Source: Candidatus Lloydbacteria bacterium RIFCSPHIGHO2_02_FULL_50_18
GTDB lineage: Bacteria; Patescibacteriota; Minisyncoccia; Phycocordibacterales; UBA6899
Assembly: GCA_001821395.1 (NCBI GenBank)
Contig: MHLM01000016.1
Location: 1 to 42,604 of the forward strand
Direction: 5' to 3'
DNA: 42,604 bases
A program made the position numbers and the translations under genes. The notes under the pieces were generated by a model, which was given only the letters and a program-made list of their open reading frames with translations, was not told where the DNA came from and did no database searches. This document shows, piece after piece, positions 18,506 to 28,365 of this stretch (positions are counted from its first letter, which is position 1; each line of letters starts with the position of its first letter).

Positions 18506-20827
18506 ATGGCCAAAAAACAAAAAAAACGAAACGAGAAGAATATGGAGAGGAAGGAGCGCAGAAGCAACTACGATGCGTCTTCAAAAAAGATCGGCTTCTG
18601 GGGAGGGCTCCGTGATGAGACGCGGAATTCCATTGTTGGAATACTTATGTTCATCGTCGCGGTCATTCTCCTCTTCTCCGCAATGGGTAACGGAGGGATG
18701 CTGGGCGGGAATGTCTACGATGGGATCCATTTTCTCTTCGGCCTCGGATACTACGTCGTACCGTTCCTCTTCGTCTTGCTCGGTATCAACTTCTTTCGCG
18801 CCCGCGAGCGCAGCTTCGCGACGCCGGCACTCGTCGCTGGTCCGTTCTTCATATTGTCCGCGCTCGGACTGCTTGCACAGATGAGCGTCGCCTATGGCAC
18901 GGAAGGGTTTGGAGGATTCGTCGGCTACTACATCATGATGCCACTCGTCGCACTCTTCGCATCGACCTTGACCGCGATCATGCTCGTTACCGTGCTCCTT
19001 ATCGCTGTGCTCATTCTCTTTGATATGCCACTCCACCTTGGATTCATGCTTTCATTCTGGAGAATGCTACGACCGACGAAACGTGACGAGCTTGTGGGCG
19101 ATGAGATCGATACGAGCATCGACGAGGAAGAAGGAACGACCGAGGTCATCTCACTCAAAAATCCTCCCATCGTCGCGGAGGCTCCCGATCCGGAAGAAGA
19201 GGTCATGTCGACGCCAAAAGCATCGCTCTTTGCGAAGTCGAATAAAACAGAAGCAAGAGTGAAGGCTGATGAGGTCCCGTTCCGATTCAATTCGACACTG
19301 CACTCTGAATACACCCCTCCCCCGCTTGCACTCCTCTCTCACGACAAAGGAAAGCCGGGATTTGGCGACATCAAGGCGAATGCAAACATCATCAAGCGCT
19401 CGTTCCAAAACTTTGGCATTCACGTCGAGATGGATGAAGTATCCGTCGGTCCATCGATCACCCGCTATGCACTCAAACCTGCTGAGGGAGTGCGCCTTTC
19501 GAAGATCACCACGCTGCAGCACGACCTCGAGCTTGCACTTGCGGCAGCGCCGATCCGCATCGAAGCGCCAATACCCGGGAAATCACTCGTTGGCATCGAA
19601 ATGCCGAATACCACAAAGTCGACCGTCGGACTGGGGACACTCCTCGCTGAAGCGGAATGGGCGACGAATCCAAACCCGCTCTATGTTCCCCTCGGAAAGG
19701 GAATCTCGGGACTCGCGCAGTTCATGAATATCGCAAAGATGCCACATGTGATGGTTGCCGGAGCGACCGGCTCAGGAAAGTCGGTGACGATGCACACGAT
19801 CATTACCTCTCTATTATATAGAAACTCACCGGAACAGCTCCGCTTCATCATGGTGGACCCAAAGCGCGTCGAGCTCACACTCTATAATGGTATCCCGCAT
19901 CTCCTCACTCCCGTCGTGACCGAAGCCAAGAAGGCGATCCTCACGCTCAAATGGGCAACAAAAGAAATGGACCGACGCTATGACGTGCTTCAAGAAAATA
20001 AAGTGCGCGACGTCGCCTCGTACCACAAGACCATTCTTCAGCCTGCGTTAGAAAAATATGAAAAGCAGAAGGCAGAAGGCAGGCTTGGTGACGGCGAGGA
20101 GCCGGAGCTACCCGAGCTCATGCCGTACATCGTCATCATCATTGATGAATTGGCTGACCTCATGTCGGCATATCCCCGCGAGCTTGAGTCTGCTATCGTC
20201 CGTCTCGCACAAATGAGTCGAGCGGTCGGTATCCACCTCATGATCGCGACGCAGCGGCCTTCCGTGAATGTCATTACGGGACTCATCAAGGCGAATATCC
20301 CCGCACGTATCGCGCTTCAGGTCGCCTCCCAGATCGACTCGCGCACGATCCTGGATACTTCGGGTGCTGAAAATCTTCTGGGTGCGGGCGACATGCTGTA
20401 TCTTTCTGCGGAAATGCCGAAGCCTATCCGCCTTCAGTCTGCATTCATCTCGGAGGCAGAGGTGAAGAATGTGGTGAAATTCCTTAAAGACCACTACAAT
20501 GGAACGCTCGGTGACGAGATCAATGTCACGAAGGATACGGAGAACAGGAATGCGTTCTTTGGCGGCATCCCGGAAGATGCGATATCGGGTGACAATGATG
20601 ATGAGGAGGACGACAAATACGATGCGGCCAAGGAGCTCGTGATGAAGGAGGGCAAAGCATCGACGTCATATCTTCAGCGACGGCTCGGTCTCGGATACGC
20701 GCGTGCGGCACGCATCATGGATATCCTCGAAGAAAAGGGTGTGATCGGACCCGGCGAAGGAGCCAAACCGCGAACGGTACTACAGAGGGATGATAAGAGC
20801 GAGGGATTTGGAAGAGAAGAGGAGTAA
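18506..20827 (+). CDS. ftsK: DNA translocase FtsK/SpoIIIE of 773 aa. N-terminal TM segments, motor domain, C-terminal gamma wHTH.
   Basis: Walker A VAGATGSGKSV. Conserved blocks IIIDELADLM and MIATQRPSVNVITGLIKANIPARIALQVAS. Gamma domain ASTSYLQRRLGLGYARAARIMDILEEKGVIGP. The many overlapping antisense ORFs in the track are spurious. Confidence 0.95.
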   Translation: MAKKQKKRNEKNMERKERRSNYDASSKKIGFWGGLRDETRNSIVGILMFIVAVILLFSAMGNGGMLGGNVYDGIHFLFGLGYYVVPFLFVLLGINFFRARERSFATPALVAGPFFILSALGLLAQMSVAYGTEGFGGFVGYYIMMPLVALFASTLTAIMLVTVLLIAVLILFDMPLHLGFMLSFWRMLRPTKRDELVGDEIDTSIDEEEGTTEVISLKNPPIVAEAPDPEEEVMSTPKASLFAKSNKTEARVKADEVPFRFNSTLHSEYTPPPLALLSHDKGKPGFGDIKANANIIKRSFQNFGIHVEMDEVSVGPSITRYALKPAEGVRLSKITTLQHDLELALAAAPIRIEAPIPGKSLVGIEMPNTTKSTVGLGTLLAEAEWATNPNPLYVPLGKGISGLAQFMNIAKMPHVMVAGATGSGKSVTMHTIITSLLYRNSPEQLRFIMVDPKRVELTLYNGIPHLLTPVVTEAKKAILTLKWATKEMDRRYDVLQENKVRDVASYHKTILQPALEKYEKQKAEGRLGDGEEPELPELMPYIVIIIDELADLMSAYPRELESAIVRLAQMSRAVGIHLMIATQRPSVNVITGLIKANIPARIALQVASQIDSRTILDTSGAENLLGAGDMLYLSAEMPKPIRLQSAFISEAEVKNVVKFLKDHYNGTLGDEINVTKDTENRNAFFGGIPEDAISGDNDDEEDDKYDAAKELVMKEGKASTSYLQRRLGLGYARAARIMDILEEKGVIGPGEGAKPRTVLQRDDKSEGFGREEE

Positions 20828-20884
20828 CGCTCAAATAATACCCTTACGGGGCACGCCTTCAATTTTTCCAGCGAAAAATTGTTG

Positions 20885-20942
20885 CACCACAGAGAGTACT
20901 TCATTTTTCTAAGGCGGGGTACCGTTAAGAAAAATTGGTCGC
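20885..20942 (+). mobile_element. Element B copy 2, directly followed by element C.
   Basis: caccacagagagtacttcatttttctaaggcggggtaccgttaagaaaaattggtcgc. Confidence 0.7.
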
Positions 20943-20956
20943 AGGGGAACGACCTT

Positions 20957-21068
20957 ATACCATCGCTCGTTAACCATTTCTGAATAAGTTTCCAAGGAGA
21001 GACCTTTCAAAGCCAAGGACTCACCTTTGAAACTTACAGAAACGGAAAAGATTAATTGGAGATGGTAT
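20957..21068 (+). mobile_element. Element C copy 1, a roughly 112-bp MITE-like unit with about 11-bp terminal inverted repeats (ataccatcgctc...gagatggtat) that carries an internal REP-like hairpin.
   Basis: About 98% identical to the copy at 33398-33509. The TIRs are reverse-complementary. Confidence 0.8.
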
Positions 21069-21087
21069 TAGTCTGGCATAAGAAAAA

Positions 21088-21112
21088 ACCGCGCCATCAT
21101 TCGATGGGGCGG
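21088..21112 (-). terminator. Terminator (ccgcgccatc-attcg-atggggcgg plus a T-run in the minus sense) downstream of the small ORF 21120..21332.
   Basis: Hairpin plus U-run immediately after the stop codon. Confidence 0.55.
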
Positions 21113-21119
21113 TTTTTGA

Positions 21120-21332
21120 TCAGCGCCGACGACGGGCGACCATTCTTGACTTCAGCTGATTTCTGCGCTTTTGCGCCATACGCCGAGCGACCGCATTTCC
21201 TCTCCCCTTTTCGGGAGGGCTTTGGTTCGGGGTGATGCTGTTCGCCAAATAGATCAGCGAGTGAGAGTGTGATTCACCAGCACTCACAAAGCATGCGGCG
21301 GCAATGGCAGAAAGAAATGACCAACGGGACAT
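21120..21332 (-). CDS. Small hypothetical protein of about 70 aa. N-terminal signal-peptide-like segment and a strongly basic C-terminus (...VARRRR).
   Basis: ORF with a dedicated terminator directly after its stop. No homology recognised. Confidence 0.35.
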   Translation of the reverse strand: MSRWSFLSAIAAACFVSAGESHSHSLIYLANSITPNQSPPEKGRGNAVARRMAQKRRNQLKSRMVARRRR

Positions 21333-21397
21333 AGCATTCTCCTCATGAATTTCTTCAACGACCATACCAACAGAAAATCATTGCGTCAATCAAGCTA

Positions 21398-21438
21398 TCC
21401 TAGGGGTACCCTAAAATTCCTAGGGACCCCTAGGAATT
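21398..21438. promoter_or_regulatory. Tandem near-palindromic 20-bp repeats (tcctaggggtaccctaaaatt / cctagggacccctaggaatt) upstream of the small-ORF/recA unit. Candidate operator. They are followed by a direct repeat tttccgatttt x2 (21446-21468) and a TATATA element just before the ATG at 21493.
   Basis: Read from the sequence. Each half is a near-palindrome around GTAC or A. Confidence 0.4.
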
Positions 21439-21492
21439 GGGGGATTTCCGATTTTATTTCCGATTTTGTGTCTCCTCGTGTATATATAGAGC

Positions 21493-21876
21493 ATGCGCTT
21501 CACGCTCAAAAAGATCCTATCGGTCGGCTCAGGGCTCTTCGTCATTCTTGTGATCGTTCTTTACGCGTACTACCAATCTCGATCGATCATCGCCGGTCCG
21601 CTCATCTCGCTTTCGGAGCCGGAAAACAATATGACATCAACCACGTCACTTATCATGGTCCGCGGTGTGGCGACCCGCGCAAAAGAGATCACCCTCCAGG
21701 GGCGGCAGATATTCATTGATCTCGACGGAAGATTTGCCGAACAATTGTTGCTCTCCCCCGGCTATAATATAATAGAGCTCACCGCACGCGACACACAGGG
21801 CAGACAGATGATCAAAGATCTTGAACTCGTGTACCAAGCCCCCGCGAGCGGCACCGGCGATACTATTATTTTTTAA
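21493..21876 (+). CDS. Small membrane-anchored hypothetical protein of 127 aa, just upstream of recA.
   Basis: N-terminal TM helix [21 protein letters not shown] ends 11 nt before the recA ATG. Confidence 0.5.
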   Translation: MRFTLKKILSVGSGLFVILVIVLYAYYQSRSIIAGPLISLSEPENNMTSTTSLIMVRGVATRAKEITLQGRQIFIDLDGRFAEQLLLSPGYNIIELTARDTQGRQMIKDLELVYQAPASGTGDTIIF

Positions 21877-21886
21877 TCACATTCTT

Positions 21887-22972
21887 ATGGCAGGTTTTGT
21901 AAAAAAGGTGAAGAAGGAAAAGTCAGAAGCGGAGCGCACGGGCACGATGGGTATTGATGCAACCATCAAGTCGATCCAAACGAAATTCGGCGAGGGCGCG
22001 ATCATCAAACTCGGCGACGCACCAAAGGTGAACGTCGAAGCGATCTCGACCGGCTCCATAGGCCTTGATCACGCACTCGGTGTGGGAGGAATTCCCCAGG
22101 GACGCATCATCGAAATATTCGGACCAGAGTCTTCCGGTAAGACGACACTCGCCCTCCATATCGTTGCGGAGGCGCAGAAAAAAGGCGGGGTTGCGGCATT
22201 CATCGATGCCGAGCACGCACTTGATCCGGACTACGCAAAGAAGCTTGGCGTAAAGATCGACCAGCTGCTGCTTGCACAGCCGGACACCGGGGAGCAGGCG
22301 CTCGAGATCTGCGAATCACTCGTCCGTTCGGGGAATGTTTCCGTCATCGTCATCGACTCCGTCGCCGCGCTCACTCCGAAGGATGAGATCGAGGGCGACA
22401 TGGGCGCACAGCATGTCGGCAAGCAAGCGCGACTCATGTCACAAGCGCTCCGCAAGCTCACCGCTATCGTTGCGAAGACACACACCACGGTCATCTTCAT
22501 CAATCAGATCCGTATGCAGATCGGCGTGATGTTCGGTAATCCCGAGACGACCCCGGGAGGAAAGGCGCTCAAGTTCTATACGTCGGTGCGTATCGACATC
22601 AGAAAGATCGCACAGATCAAGAAAGGTGATGATGTCATCGGCAGTCGTACGCGCGCCAAGGTGGTCAAGAATAAGGTCGCCGCCCCCTTCAAGCAGGCGG
22701 AATTCGACCTCGTCTATAATGAGGGCATCTCCCGCGAGAGCGAAATGCTCATGTTCGGTGAAAAGTATGGCCTCATCAAAAAGATGGGCTCATCGTATTC
22801 ATACGGAGACATAAAGATCGGCCGCGGATATGACTCTGCGCGCATCTTCCTCAAAGAGAACAAGGCGATCGCAAAAGAGATCGTGAAAGAGATACTGAAG
22901 CAGATGAAGTCGGATGATTCGTTCAGCGTTTCCGGAACAGCCAATGAAAAGGACGAGGGAACGCCCGAATAG
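21887..22972 (+). CDS. recA: Recombinase RecA.
   Basis: Walker [10 protein letters not shown]. Conserved blocks [77 protein letters not shown] and [22 protein letters not shown]. The start is placed at MAGFVKK, since the 22 aa before it in the listed ORF are not RecA-like. Confidence 0.95.
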   Translation: MAGFVKKVKKEKSEAERTGTMGIDATIKSIQTKFGEGAIIKLGDAPKVNVEAISTGSIGLDHALGVGGIPQGRIIEIFGPESSGKTTLALHIVAEAQKKGGVAAFIDAEHALDPDYAKKLGVKIDQLLLAQPDTGEQALEICESLVRSGNVSVIVIDSVAALTPKDEIEGDMGAQHVGKQARLMSQALRKLTAIVAKTHTTVIFINQIRMQIGVMFGNPETTPGGKALKFYTSVRIDIRKIAQIKKGDDVIGSRTRAKVVKNKVAAPFKQAEFDLVYNEGISRESEMLMFGEKYGLIKKMGSSYSYGDIKIGRGYDSARIFLKENKAIAKEIVKEILKQMKSDDSFSVSGTANEKDEGTPE

Positions 22973-23016
22973 CGGGAAGGCGGCGAACAACTTCTTCAAG
23001 GTCTTACCTTTCAATG

Positions 23017-23074
23017 CACCACAGGGAGTACTTCATTTTTCTAAGACGGAGTACCGTTAAGAAAAATTGGTCGC
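23017..23074 (+). mobile_element. Element B copy 3, inserted into the loop of a REP-like hairpin (5' half 22997-23016, 3' half 23075-23091).
   Basis: The flanks cttcaaggtcttacctttcaatg and cagggagagaccttag pair as REP stem halves (aaggtct / agacctt). Confidence 0.7.
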
Positions 23075-23114
23075 CAGGGAGAGACCTTAGTCCGCCAAAA
23101 AAGAAAAAGAAAAT

Positions 23115-23139
23115 CCCCGCTTGTGCGGGGGTTTTTGTT
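23115..23139. terminator. Bidirectional terminator ccccgcttgtgcgggg with an A-run and a T-run. It lies between the recA region and the convergent gene 23155..23502.
   Basis: Hairpin with U-runs on both strands. Confidence 0.6.
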
Positions 23140-23154
23140 TTAACGTTCTGCAGC

Positions 23155-23502
23155 TCAGGGATAGTGATCCTCAAATGCGATGGTCGCTTTCATGCTCGCA
23201 TCATAAACGAAACGATCGGCTGGAGAAAGTGAGGACTCACTCGAGGCGCCAAGTTGTTCAAGCAAATAATTTGCATGAAGCTGCAATGCGTCAAACATCC
23301 TCCTCATGCATGCTTCCAGCTCGGCTTTTTGCGGAGTTGTAAGGTCAGAAAGTGTTTCTGCCTTGTGATGCGCCAGAAAGTCTCGCTCGGTCTTGCATTG
23401 CGGGATACCTGCATATGCTCGCATCTCCTTATGATGCATCGCCGCAAAACCGGAGGTAGCGAACGGGAGCCGCATGTCGATAATGTTGTCCGAACTATCC
23501 AT
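23155..23502 (-). CDS. Hypothetical protein of about 115 aa.
   Basis: ATG at 23502 preceded by GAGGGGA. The longer listed ORF (start 23646) would overlap the upstream gene. Confidence 0.5.
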   Translation of the reverse strand: MDSSDNIIDMRLPFATSGFAAMHHKEMRAYAGIPQCKTERDFLAHHKAETLSDLTTPQKAELEACMRRMFDALQLHANYLLEQLGASSESSLSPADRFVYDASMKATIAFEDHYP

Positions 23503-23627
23503 GAAACATTCCCCTCTTGAAAAAAACCTGCTGGCATCTTTATAGCATGATGAAAATGGTTGTCTATAACCTTCATGCCGGGAAAGAAAAAACCCGCACA
23601 ATTGTACGGGTTTTGAGGTCATCGGCC

Positions 23628-24119
23628 TTATATCTCGAGCGGGCAAGGCGGGAGATTGCGCACATTACCGTGGTGGTAAACATGCCACACGGCACGCCAA
23701 TAGGCGTTGTCATATTGCTTCGCTACTGTGTCGGGGTATGTATACTGAACGCACCCTTCATGATCAAAGAAGGCCCTCAAGGCATTCAAGTGATCATTCA
23801 GCACGATCTTCGCTCCGGGATGACGCAATGTTGCGCTCGGATGCCGCAGGAGCCACGCGTCAACCATATAGCGTGTTCGCACCACCTCGGTGCGGAGCGC
23901 ATACTGCTTGGCGAGCTTCTGCTTTGCACGAAGCCGATCAAACTCTTCCGTCAGCGCATTTTTTTCGATCCGCAGGCGACGCTGCTCTTTGAGAGCTCCG
24001 ATATGATATTGGATCGAGCCGGCCACAATAGCAAACGCGATGAGCAAATACCATTCGCTATAGGTGAGATCAAGCATTGTATATCCCCTTTCAAGGTTGT
24101 TTGGAAAGAACTTTAACAT
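23628..24119 (-). CDS. Hypothetical membrane protein with a coiled-coil segment. An alternative start at 24077 (MLDLTY...) has a G-rich Shine-Dalgarno.
   Basis: TM helix YLLIAFAIVAGSI followed by a charged helix. Terminator at about 23575-23605 after the stop. Confidence 0.5.
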   Translation of the reverse strand: MLKFFPNNLERGYTMLDLTYSEWYLLIAFAIVAGSIQYHIGALKEQRRLRIEKNALTEEFDRLRAKQKLAKQYALRTEVVRTRYMVDAWLLRHPSATLRHPGAKIVLNDHLNALRAFFDHEGCVQYTYPDTVAKQYDNAYWRAVWHVYHHGNVRNLPPCPLEI

Positions 24120-24284
24120 TTTTATTATATCACTAAATTAGCTCTTTGTCTATACTTTGCTCACAAACAAAAAAGCGCTTGGATACGGCGCTTTTTTTGA
24201 CTCTCTATGATGATGAGTCGTACCACTTTCGGTACTCTGTGTTCCCTTACTCGCTTCAGCCGCAAGAGAACAGGATCGCACTTG

Positions 24285-24620
24285 TTAAAAATAGGAATGC
24301 TGTGTCTTGTGAAGAAAATCCGATACGAGCCATGCGCCGAGGACCATGACCCCAAGAAGGAGTCCGACCGCCATCACATCCGCATGCATGAACGCGTCAC
24401 GCAAAAATGCAAGGTTGCGCGGAACATCGGTGAAACGCGGGGCGTTCTCGATCACGTTGGCATATGAGATGTATGCAGTGGACCGCCAAAAAAATACCGA
24501 TGCGATGAGCGCCTTCAGAAACAGCGGATTCAACACCGCACGAAGCGCATACACGAAGTAGATGCGACGCATAATACGTCTGGTGAGCCTGCTATTTCTT
24601 TTTGTTGCAGCATCGTTCAT
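24285..24620 (-). CDS. Small two-TM membrane protein directly downstream of the ECF sigma gene. A putative anti-sigma partner, with no recognisable anti-sigma domain.
   Basis: ATG at 24620; the listed start at 24641 is a TTG. The start is 33 nt after the sigma stop on the same strand. Confidence 0.45.
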   Translation of the reverse strand: MNDAATKRNSRLTRRIMRRIYFVYALRAVLNPLFLKALIASVFFWRSTAYISYANVIENAPRFTDVPRNLAFLRDAFMHADVMAVGLLLGVMVLGAWLVSDFLHKTQHSYF

Positions 24621-24653
24621 ATGTTTTGGGAATTTCCGCAAATGGCGGATCCT

Positions 24654-25238
24654 TTATGCTCTCTCTTTCTCGCCCGCTAATAAGCGCTCGAATTCCCGTT
24701 TCGCACGATAGATCTTCGTCTTCACGGCAGAGACGGTCGTCCCTTCCATATCGGCGATCTCTTTCTGCGAATACTCCTCGAGGAAGTGGAGCTTGAGTGG
24801 CCGGGCAAGCTGAGCGGGCATTTTAGAGAGAAATGAAGCGACATAATCGCGCATGACCTCTTCTTCCCTATGGTTCGCCGGGTCAGGGAGTGTTTCGTAG
24901 AACTCAGGATCGAGTTCGACGTGTGCGGCTCCCTTCTTCTTTAACTTTTGGTAGTGCGTAAAGGTGGTATTCATCAGGATCTTATACCCCCAAGACTTGA
25001 ATGATGCCCCTTCGACGGTCTTAAAGCGGCGCGCATTGAAATAGATCTTGGTGAACGTCTCCTGGACGATATCCTCGGCCTCCTCCTTGCTGTGGATGAC
25101 ACTGTCCGCCTTTCGCAGAAATGCGTCCTGATAGCGAGCAACCAGCACGGCAAAAAGACTCGGGTGCTCGATCGAGCGCTCGAGGATGACCTCGTCTTTC
25201 AGTTCGGCTTCGGGATGTTCGTGCTCATCGAGTAACAT
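24654..25238 (-). CDS. ECF-type RNA polymerase sigma-70 family factor.
   Basis: Region-2-like EAEDIVQETFTKIY and region-4 HTH EYSQKEIADMEGTTVSAVKTKIYRAKREF. Confidence 0.8.
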   Translation of the reverse strand: MLLDEHEHPEAELKDEVILERSIEHPSLFAVLVARYQDAFLRKADSVIHSKEEAEDIVQETFTKIYFNARRFKTVEGASFKSWGYKILMNTTFTHYQKLKKKGAAHVELDPEFYETLPDPANHREEEVMRDYVASFLSKMPAQLARPLKLHFLEEYSQKEIADMEGTTVSAVKTKIYRAKREFERLLAGEKERA

Positions 25239-25253
25239 GGTTTGTATTGTTGC

Positions 25254-26168
25254 CTAGAATCCCCATTCTCGCAATAGCTCGGCGATGCCATCCTCAAAAG
25301 CAACAGTCGGCTCCCAGCCGAGTAATTCCTTCGCCTTCAGAATGTCCGCACGTGTATCGCGTGGTTCCTTGCGGGCAGGAATGTATTCGACAGCTCCCCC
25401 GATCAGCGCCGCGAGCCGGTTGATGGTGATATTTTTCCCGCTCCCGATATTGATCGTCTCCCCGCGAGATACCGCAGCACTCTCCGCCGCCAGAATATTT
25501 GCACGCACAACATCACGGACATGAGTGAAATCACGGGTCTGCTCTCCGTCCCCTGTTATGGTGAGCGGCTTCCCCTCCTTACGCAGGCGCAACAAGAGAC
25601 CGATGACAAGCGCGTAGGGACCTTCTGGATCAAGACGCGGACCATAGACATTGAAATAGCGGAGACTCACGGTTGCTGTACCGTAAAGAAGACTGAAAAG
25701 CTTGGCGTATTCCTCGCCGATAGATTTTTGCAGTGCATACGGCGAAAGCGGACTCACCGCGAGACCTTCGTGGAGCGGCTGCGTTTCGTTGTTCCCATAT
25801 ACAGCACAGGAAGAAGAGAGGATGAATTTCTTCGCTCCACCTTCTTTTACCGCAGTAAGGACATTCAGCGTGCCGCGGGCGTTCACCTCATCGGAAAGCT
25901 TCGGATCATCAATGGAGCACTGAACGCGCGGAAGTGCGGCCAGATGAAATACGACATCTGCCCCCTTGATCACGGGAAGGATGTCTTCGTAATTGCGAAT
26001 ATCCAAAAGATGGAATCGTGCCTTCGGGTTCACTAACTCTTTTTTTCCCGCCTCCAGGTTGTCGATTACATCGACGGCATAACCACGGAGAAGAAGTGCA
26101 TCGACGAGATGCGAACCGATGAATCCCGCCCCTCCAGTCACGACGGCGCGTTTTTGTTGTATGTCCAT
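25254..26168 (-). CDS. NAD-dependent epimerase/dehydratase (UDP-glucose 4-epimerase GalE-like).
   Basis: Rossmann motif VTGGAGFIGSH. Catalytic YxxxK (SPYALQK). The overall GalE/WbpP-like pattern is present. The start is taken at MDIQQKRAV. Confidence 0.8.
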   Translation of the reverse strand: MDIQQKRAVVTGGAGFIGSHLVDALLLRGYAVDVIDNLEAGKKELVNPKARFHLLDIRNYEDILPVIKGADVVFHLAALPRVQCSIDDPKLSDEVNARGTLNVLTAVKEGGAKKFILSSSCAVYGNNETQPLHEGLAVSPLSPYALQKSIGEEYAKLFSLLYGTATVSLRYFNVYGPRLDPEGPYALVIGLLLRLRKEGKPLTITGDGEQTRDFTHVRDVVRANILAAESAAVSRGETINIGSGKNITINRLAALIGGAVEYIPARKEPRDTRADILKAKELLGWEPTVAFEDGIAELLREWGF

Positions 26169-26247
26169 ACTCCTATAATACCCCACCACGCCGTTAAACG
26201 TTTCACCGGTTGCCAAATCGCACAATATCGCCTAGAATAGCCGCATT

Positions 26248-26823
26248 ATGGCAATACTCAATTACAGTGAAATTCTTCCCCGCAGAATTATTCTTATCGA
26301 TGATCAACCTTATGAGGTTCTAGACGCGCACGTTTTCCAAAAGCAAAAGTCGCGACCGGTCAATCACACAAAAGTAAAGAATCTCTTGAGCGGCAACGTC
26401 AAAGAGGTCGTATTCCATCAATTCGAAAAAGCAGATGAGGCGGACATGGGGACCAAAGAAGTAAAATATCTCTACGCTAATAAGGGTGAGTATTGGTTCT
26501 GCGATGCCAAGGATGCATCAGACCGCTTCAAGCTGAGCGCGGATCAACTCGGCAACAGCATTAAATTCATCAAGCCGAACACGGTCATTGATTCCACGAC
26601 CTTCAATGACGACATCATCGGACTCAAATATCCGATCAAAGTAGAACTCAAGATCACCGAAGCCCCTCCTGCAGTGCGAGGTAACACCTCCGGGAATGCA
26701 ACAAAGGCGGTCATCGTTGAGACGGGAGCGACGATCTACGTGCCGATGTTCATCAATGAGGGAGATATTGTGAGGATCAATACAGACTCCGGCGAGTATG
26801 CCGAGCGCGTAGAAAAGGCTTAA
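26248..26823 (+). CDS. efp: Translation elongation factor P.
   Basis: KOW-like N-terminal domain, the loop region GNTSGNATK, and C-terminal IYVPMFINEGDIVRINTDSGEYAERV, which is typical of EF-P. Confidence 0.9.
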   Translation: MAILNYSEILPRRIILIDDQPYEVLDAHVFQKQKSRPVNHTKVKNLLSGNVKEVVFHQFEKADEADMGTKEVKYLYANKGEYWFCDAKDASDRFKLSADQLGNSIKFIKPNTVIDSTTFNDDIIGLKYPIKVELKITEAPPAVRGNTSGNATKAVIVETGATIYVPMFINEGDIVRINTDSGEYAERVEKA

Positions 26824-27032
26824 TTTTTGCGAATTACTTCGTTGGCTGCGTCGTGAGTTTGGCGGACGTATCACTCATACGTCCACTCAAACATCACGAC
26901 TTGCCAGCCTCGTACTTCATCAAAAATTAAGCCTTTTCTTTATTGGGCAAGGTTACACGCGCCTCGTATTCGAGATCATTTTTAATTATTTCTTGGTCTT
27001 GCGTCAAAAAAACCGCCAAAATGGCGGATGTA

Positions 27033-27278
27033 TCAACCTTCGATGAGGACGAAATGGATTCGTCTGATCACCGAACGAATTTCTTTGTCAGTCAGTCCAA
27101 TTACCTCATATTTCTTTCGTAGCGCGAGCACCTCATCGTCGAACTTTCCGTCAAATTCCGCAAAAGTGTTGAGGAAAACGAGGGCGCGATATTCTCCATC
27201 GAGCGATTGCTTCAATTTCCTTTTTCGACTCCATTCGCGCACCGCAGTAATGATCCCAGACATAACGGGAATGTTCAT
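27033..27278 (-). CDS. Small hypothetical protein of 81 aa.
   Basis: ORF with terminator hairpin aaccgccaaaatggcgg just after the stop. Confidence 0.4.
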   Translation of the reverse strand: MNIPVMSGIITAVREWSRKRKLKQSLDGEYRALVFLNTFAEFDGKFDDEVLALRKKYEVIGLTDKEIRSVIRRIHFVLIEG

Positions 27279-27389
27279 ATCGCCCCCTTCAATTGGTCAC
27301 TCTTTTCTGTCTATATTTTCCATGAAACGAATGGCAAGTCAATCGACCTTCTTTGCACAGTGAGGAGTAATTAGGGTTATAATGTAAGC

Positions 27390-28202
27390 ATGTTAAAAGG
27401 ACACGAATCAAGACTCTCAGACAAGCAGCGATACCTTCAGGTGGCGCTTAATGGTACGCGTGCAGATGCACGGGCGATCCTCTCCGTCTTACCATCTTCC
27501 GAACGCATCATCATTGAAGCGGGTACACCCCTCATCAAACGTTATGGTATCGGCATCATCAGGGAGATCTACGACTGGGCTCCGCGGGGGACATTCGGAG
27601 CAGCGGCAGACCGCCGCGCACTAGACGCAAAAATAGCACAATTTGGTCTGATCGGTGCTGTGACACGATCATTTACAGAAGCACAGCGAACACTCCGGGT
27701 GGCGGGAGTGGAGCAGGCTTCAAATAGGCCGTACATTGTTGCCGATATGAAAACGATCGACCGCGGTGAAACAGAGGTGGCGATGTGCGCCTCGGCTGGT
27801 GCAAGTGCAGTGATCGCGATGGGTTCTGCTCCCATCGAAACGCTGAATACCTTCATCGCGTCCTGCGAGAAATACGGCCTCGATGCAATGATTGATATGA
27901 TGAATGTTGAATTCCCACTTGCCGTACTGCGCTCACTCAAAAAACCTCCGCGAGTCATCGTGCTCCACCGCGGTGTCGACGAAGAGCGTGACAACGGACA
28001 AAAAATGCTTCCGCTCCACGAGATCCGTCGCCTCAAGGGGCAATACGACGTCCTCATTGCCGTCGCGGGAGGCGACACAGCGCGGGAGGTACAGAGTGCG
28101 GCATTCAACGATGCGGACATCGTCGTGATATGGAAATCGGTATATGAACAAAACGGCGAGACGCTCGAGCTCATTGAGGGATTTCTCAAAACGATCAAAT
28201 AA
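27390..28202 (+). CDS. OMP-decarboxylase-fold protein of the 3-hexulose-6-phosphate synthase (HxlA) / KGPDC-like family.
   Basis: LQVALN...IEAGTPLIKRYG...IVADMKTIDRGETEVAMCASAGASAVIAMG...VIVLHRGVDEE...AVAGGDT aligns to HPS blocks (LQVAID, ELGTPLIK, FADMKTMD, AGGV). The usual Asp in LQVAID is Asn here. Confidence 0.6.
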   Translation: MLKGHESRLSDKQRYLQVALNGTRADARAILSVLPSSERIIIEAGTPLIKRYGIGIIREIYDWAPRGTFGAAADRRALDAKIAQFGLIGAVTRSFTEAQRTLRVAGVEQASNRPYIVADMKTIDRGETEVAMCASAGASAVIAMGSAPIETLNTFIASCEKYGLDAMIDMMNVEFPLAVLRSLKKPPRVIVLHRGVDEERDNGQKMLPLHEIRRLKGQYDVLIAVAGGDTAREVQSAAFNDADIVVIWKSVYEQNGETLELIEGFLKTIK

Positions 28203-28365
28203 AAGGTATTAAACCCCAGGGCAAGCCCTGGACTCGCGATGAGCCCGCAAAGCCTCGCACGAGTCCGCGGCAGAGCCGCGGGGTATTAAACCTTTTTTAG
28301 CTCTCCTTGGCTCGGAAATGAAAAAGAAGACTTTTTCATTTCACTCGCTCTACGTCGGCAATAAT
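28201..28365 (+). repeat. Repeat element A, copy 3. It sits between the HPS-like stop codon and a strong 12-bp-stem terminator at 28372-28401.
   Basis: Near-identical to the other two A copies. The terminator gaacagcgtatc-atgctc-gatacgctgttc plus a T-run follows. Confidence 0.85.

Noticed and set aside
18573-20904. Numerous overlapping and antisense ORFs inside ftsK (for example 18581..19036, 19151..19522, 20108..20494)
   Set aside because: Alternative frames of a confidently identified long gene. Their composition is Arg/Ser/Cys-rich, typical of wrong frames.
21923-22944. Antisense and off-frame ORFs inside recA
   Set aside because: recA is unambiguous. These have no start signals and junk composition.
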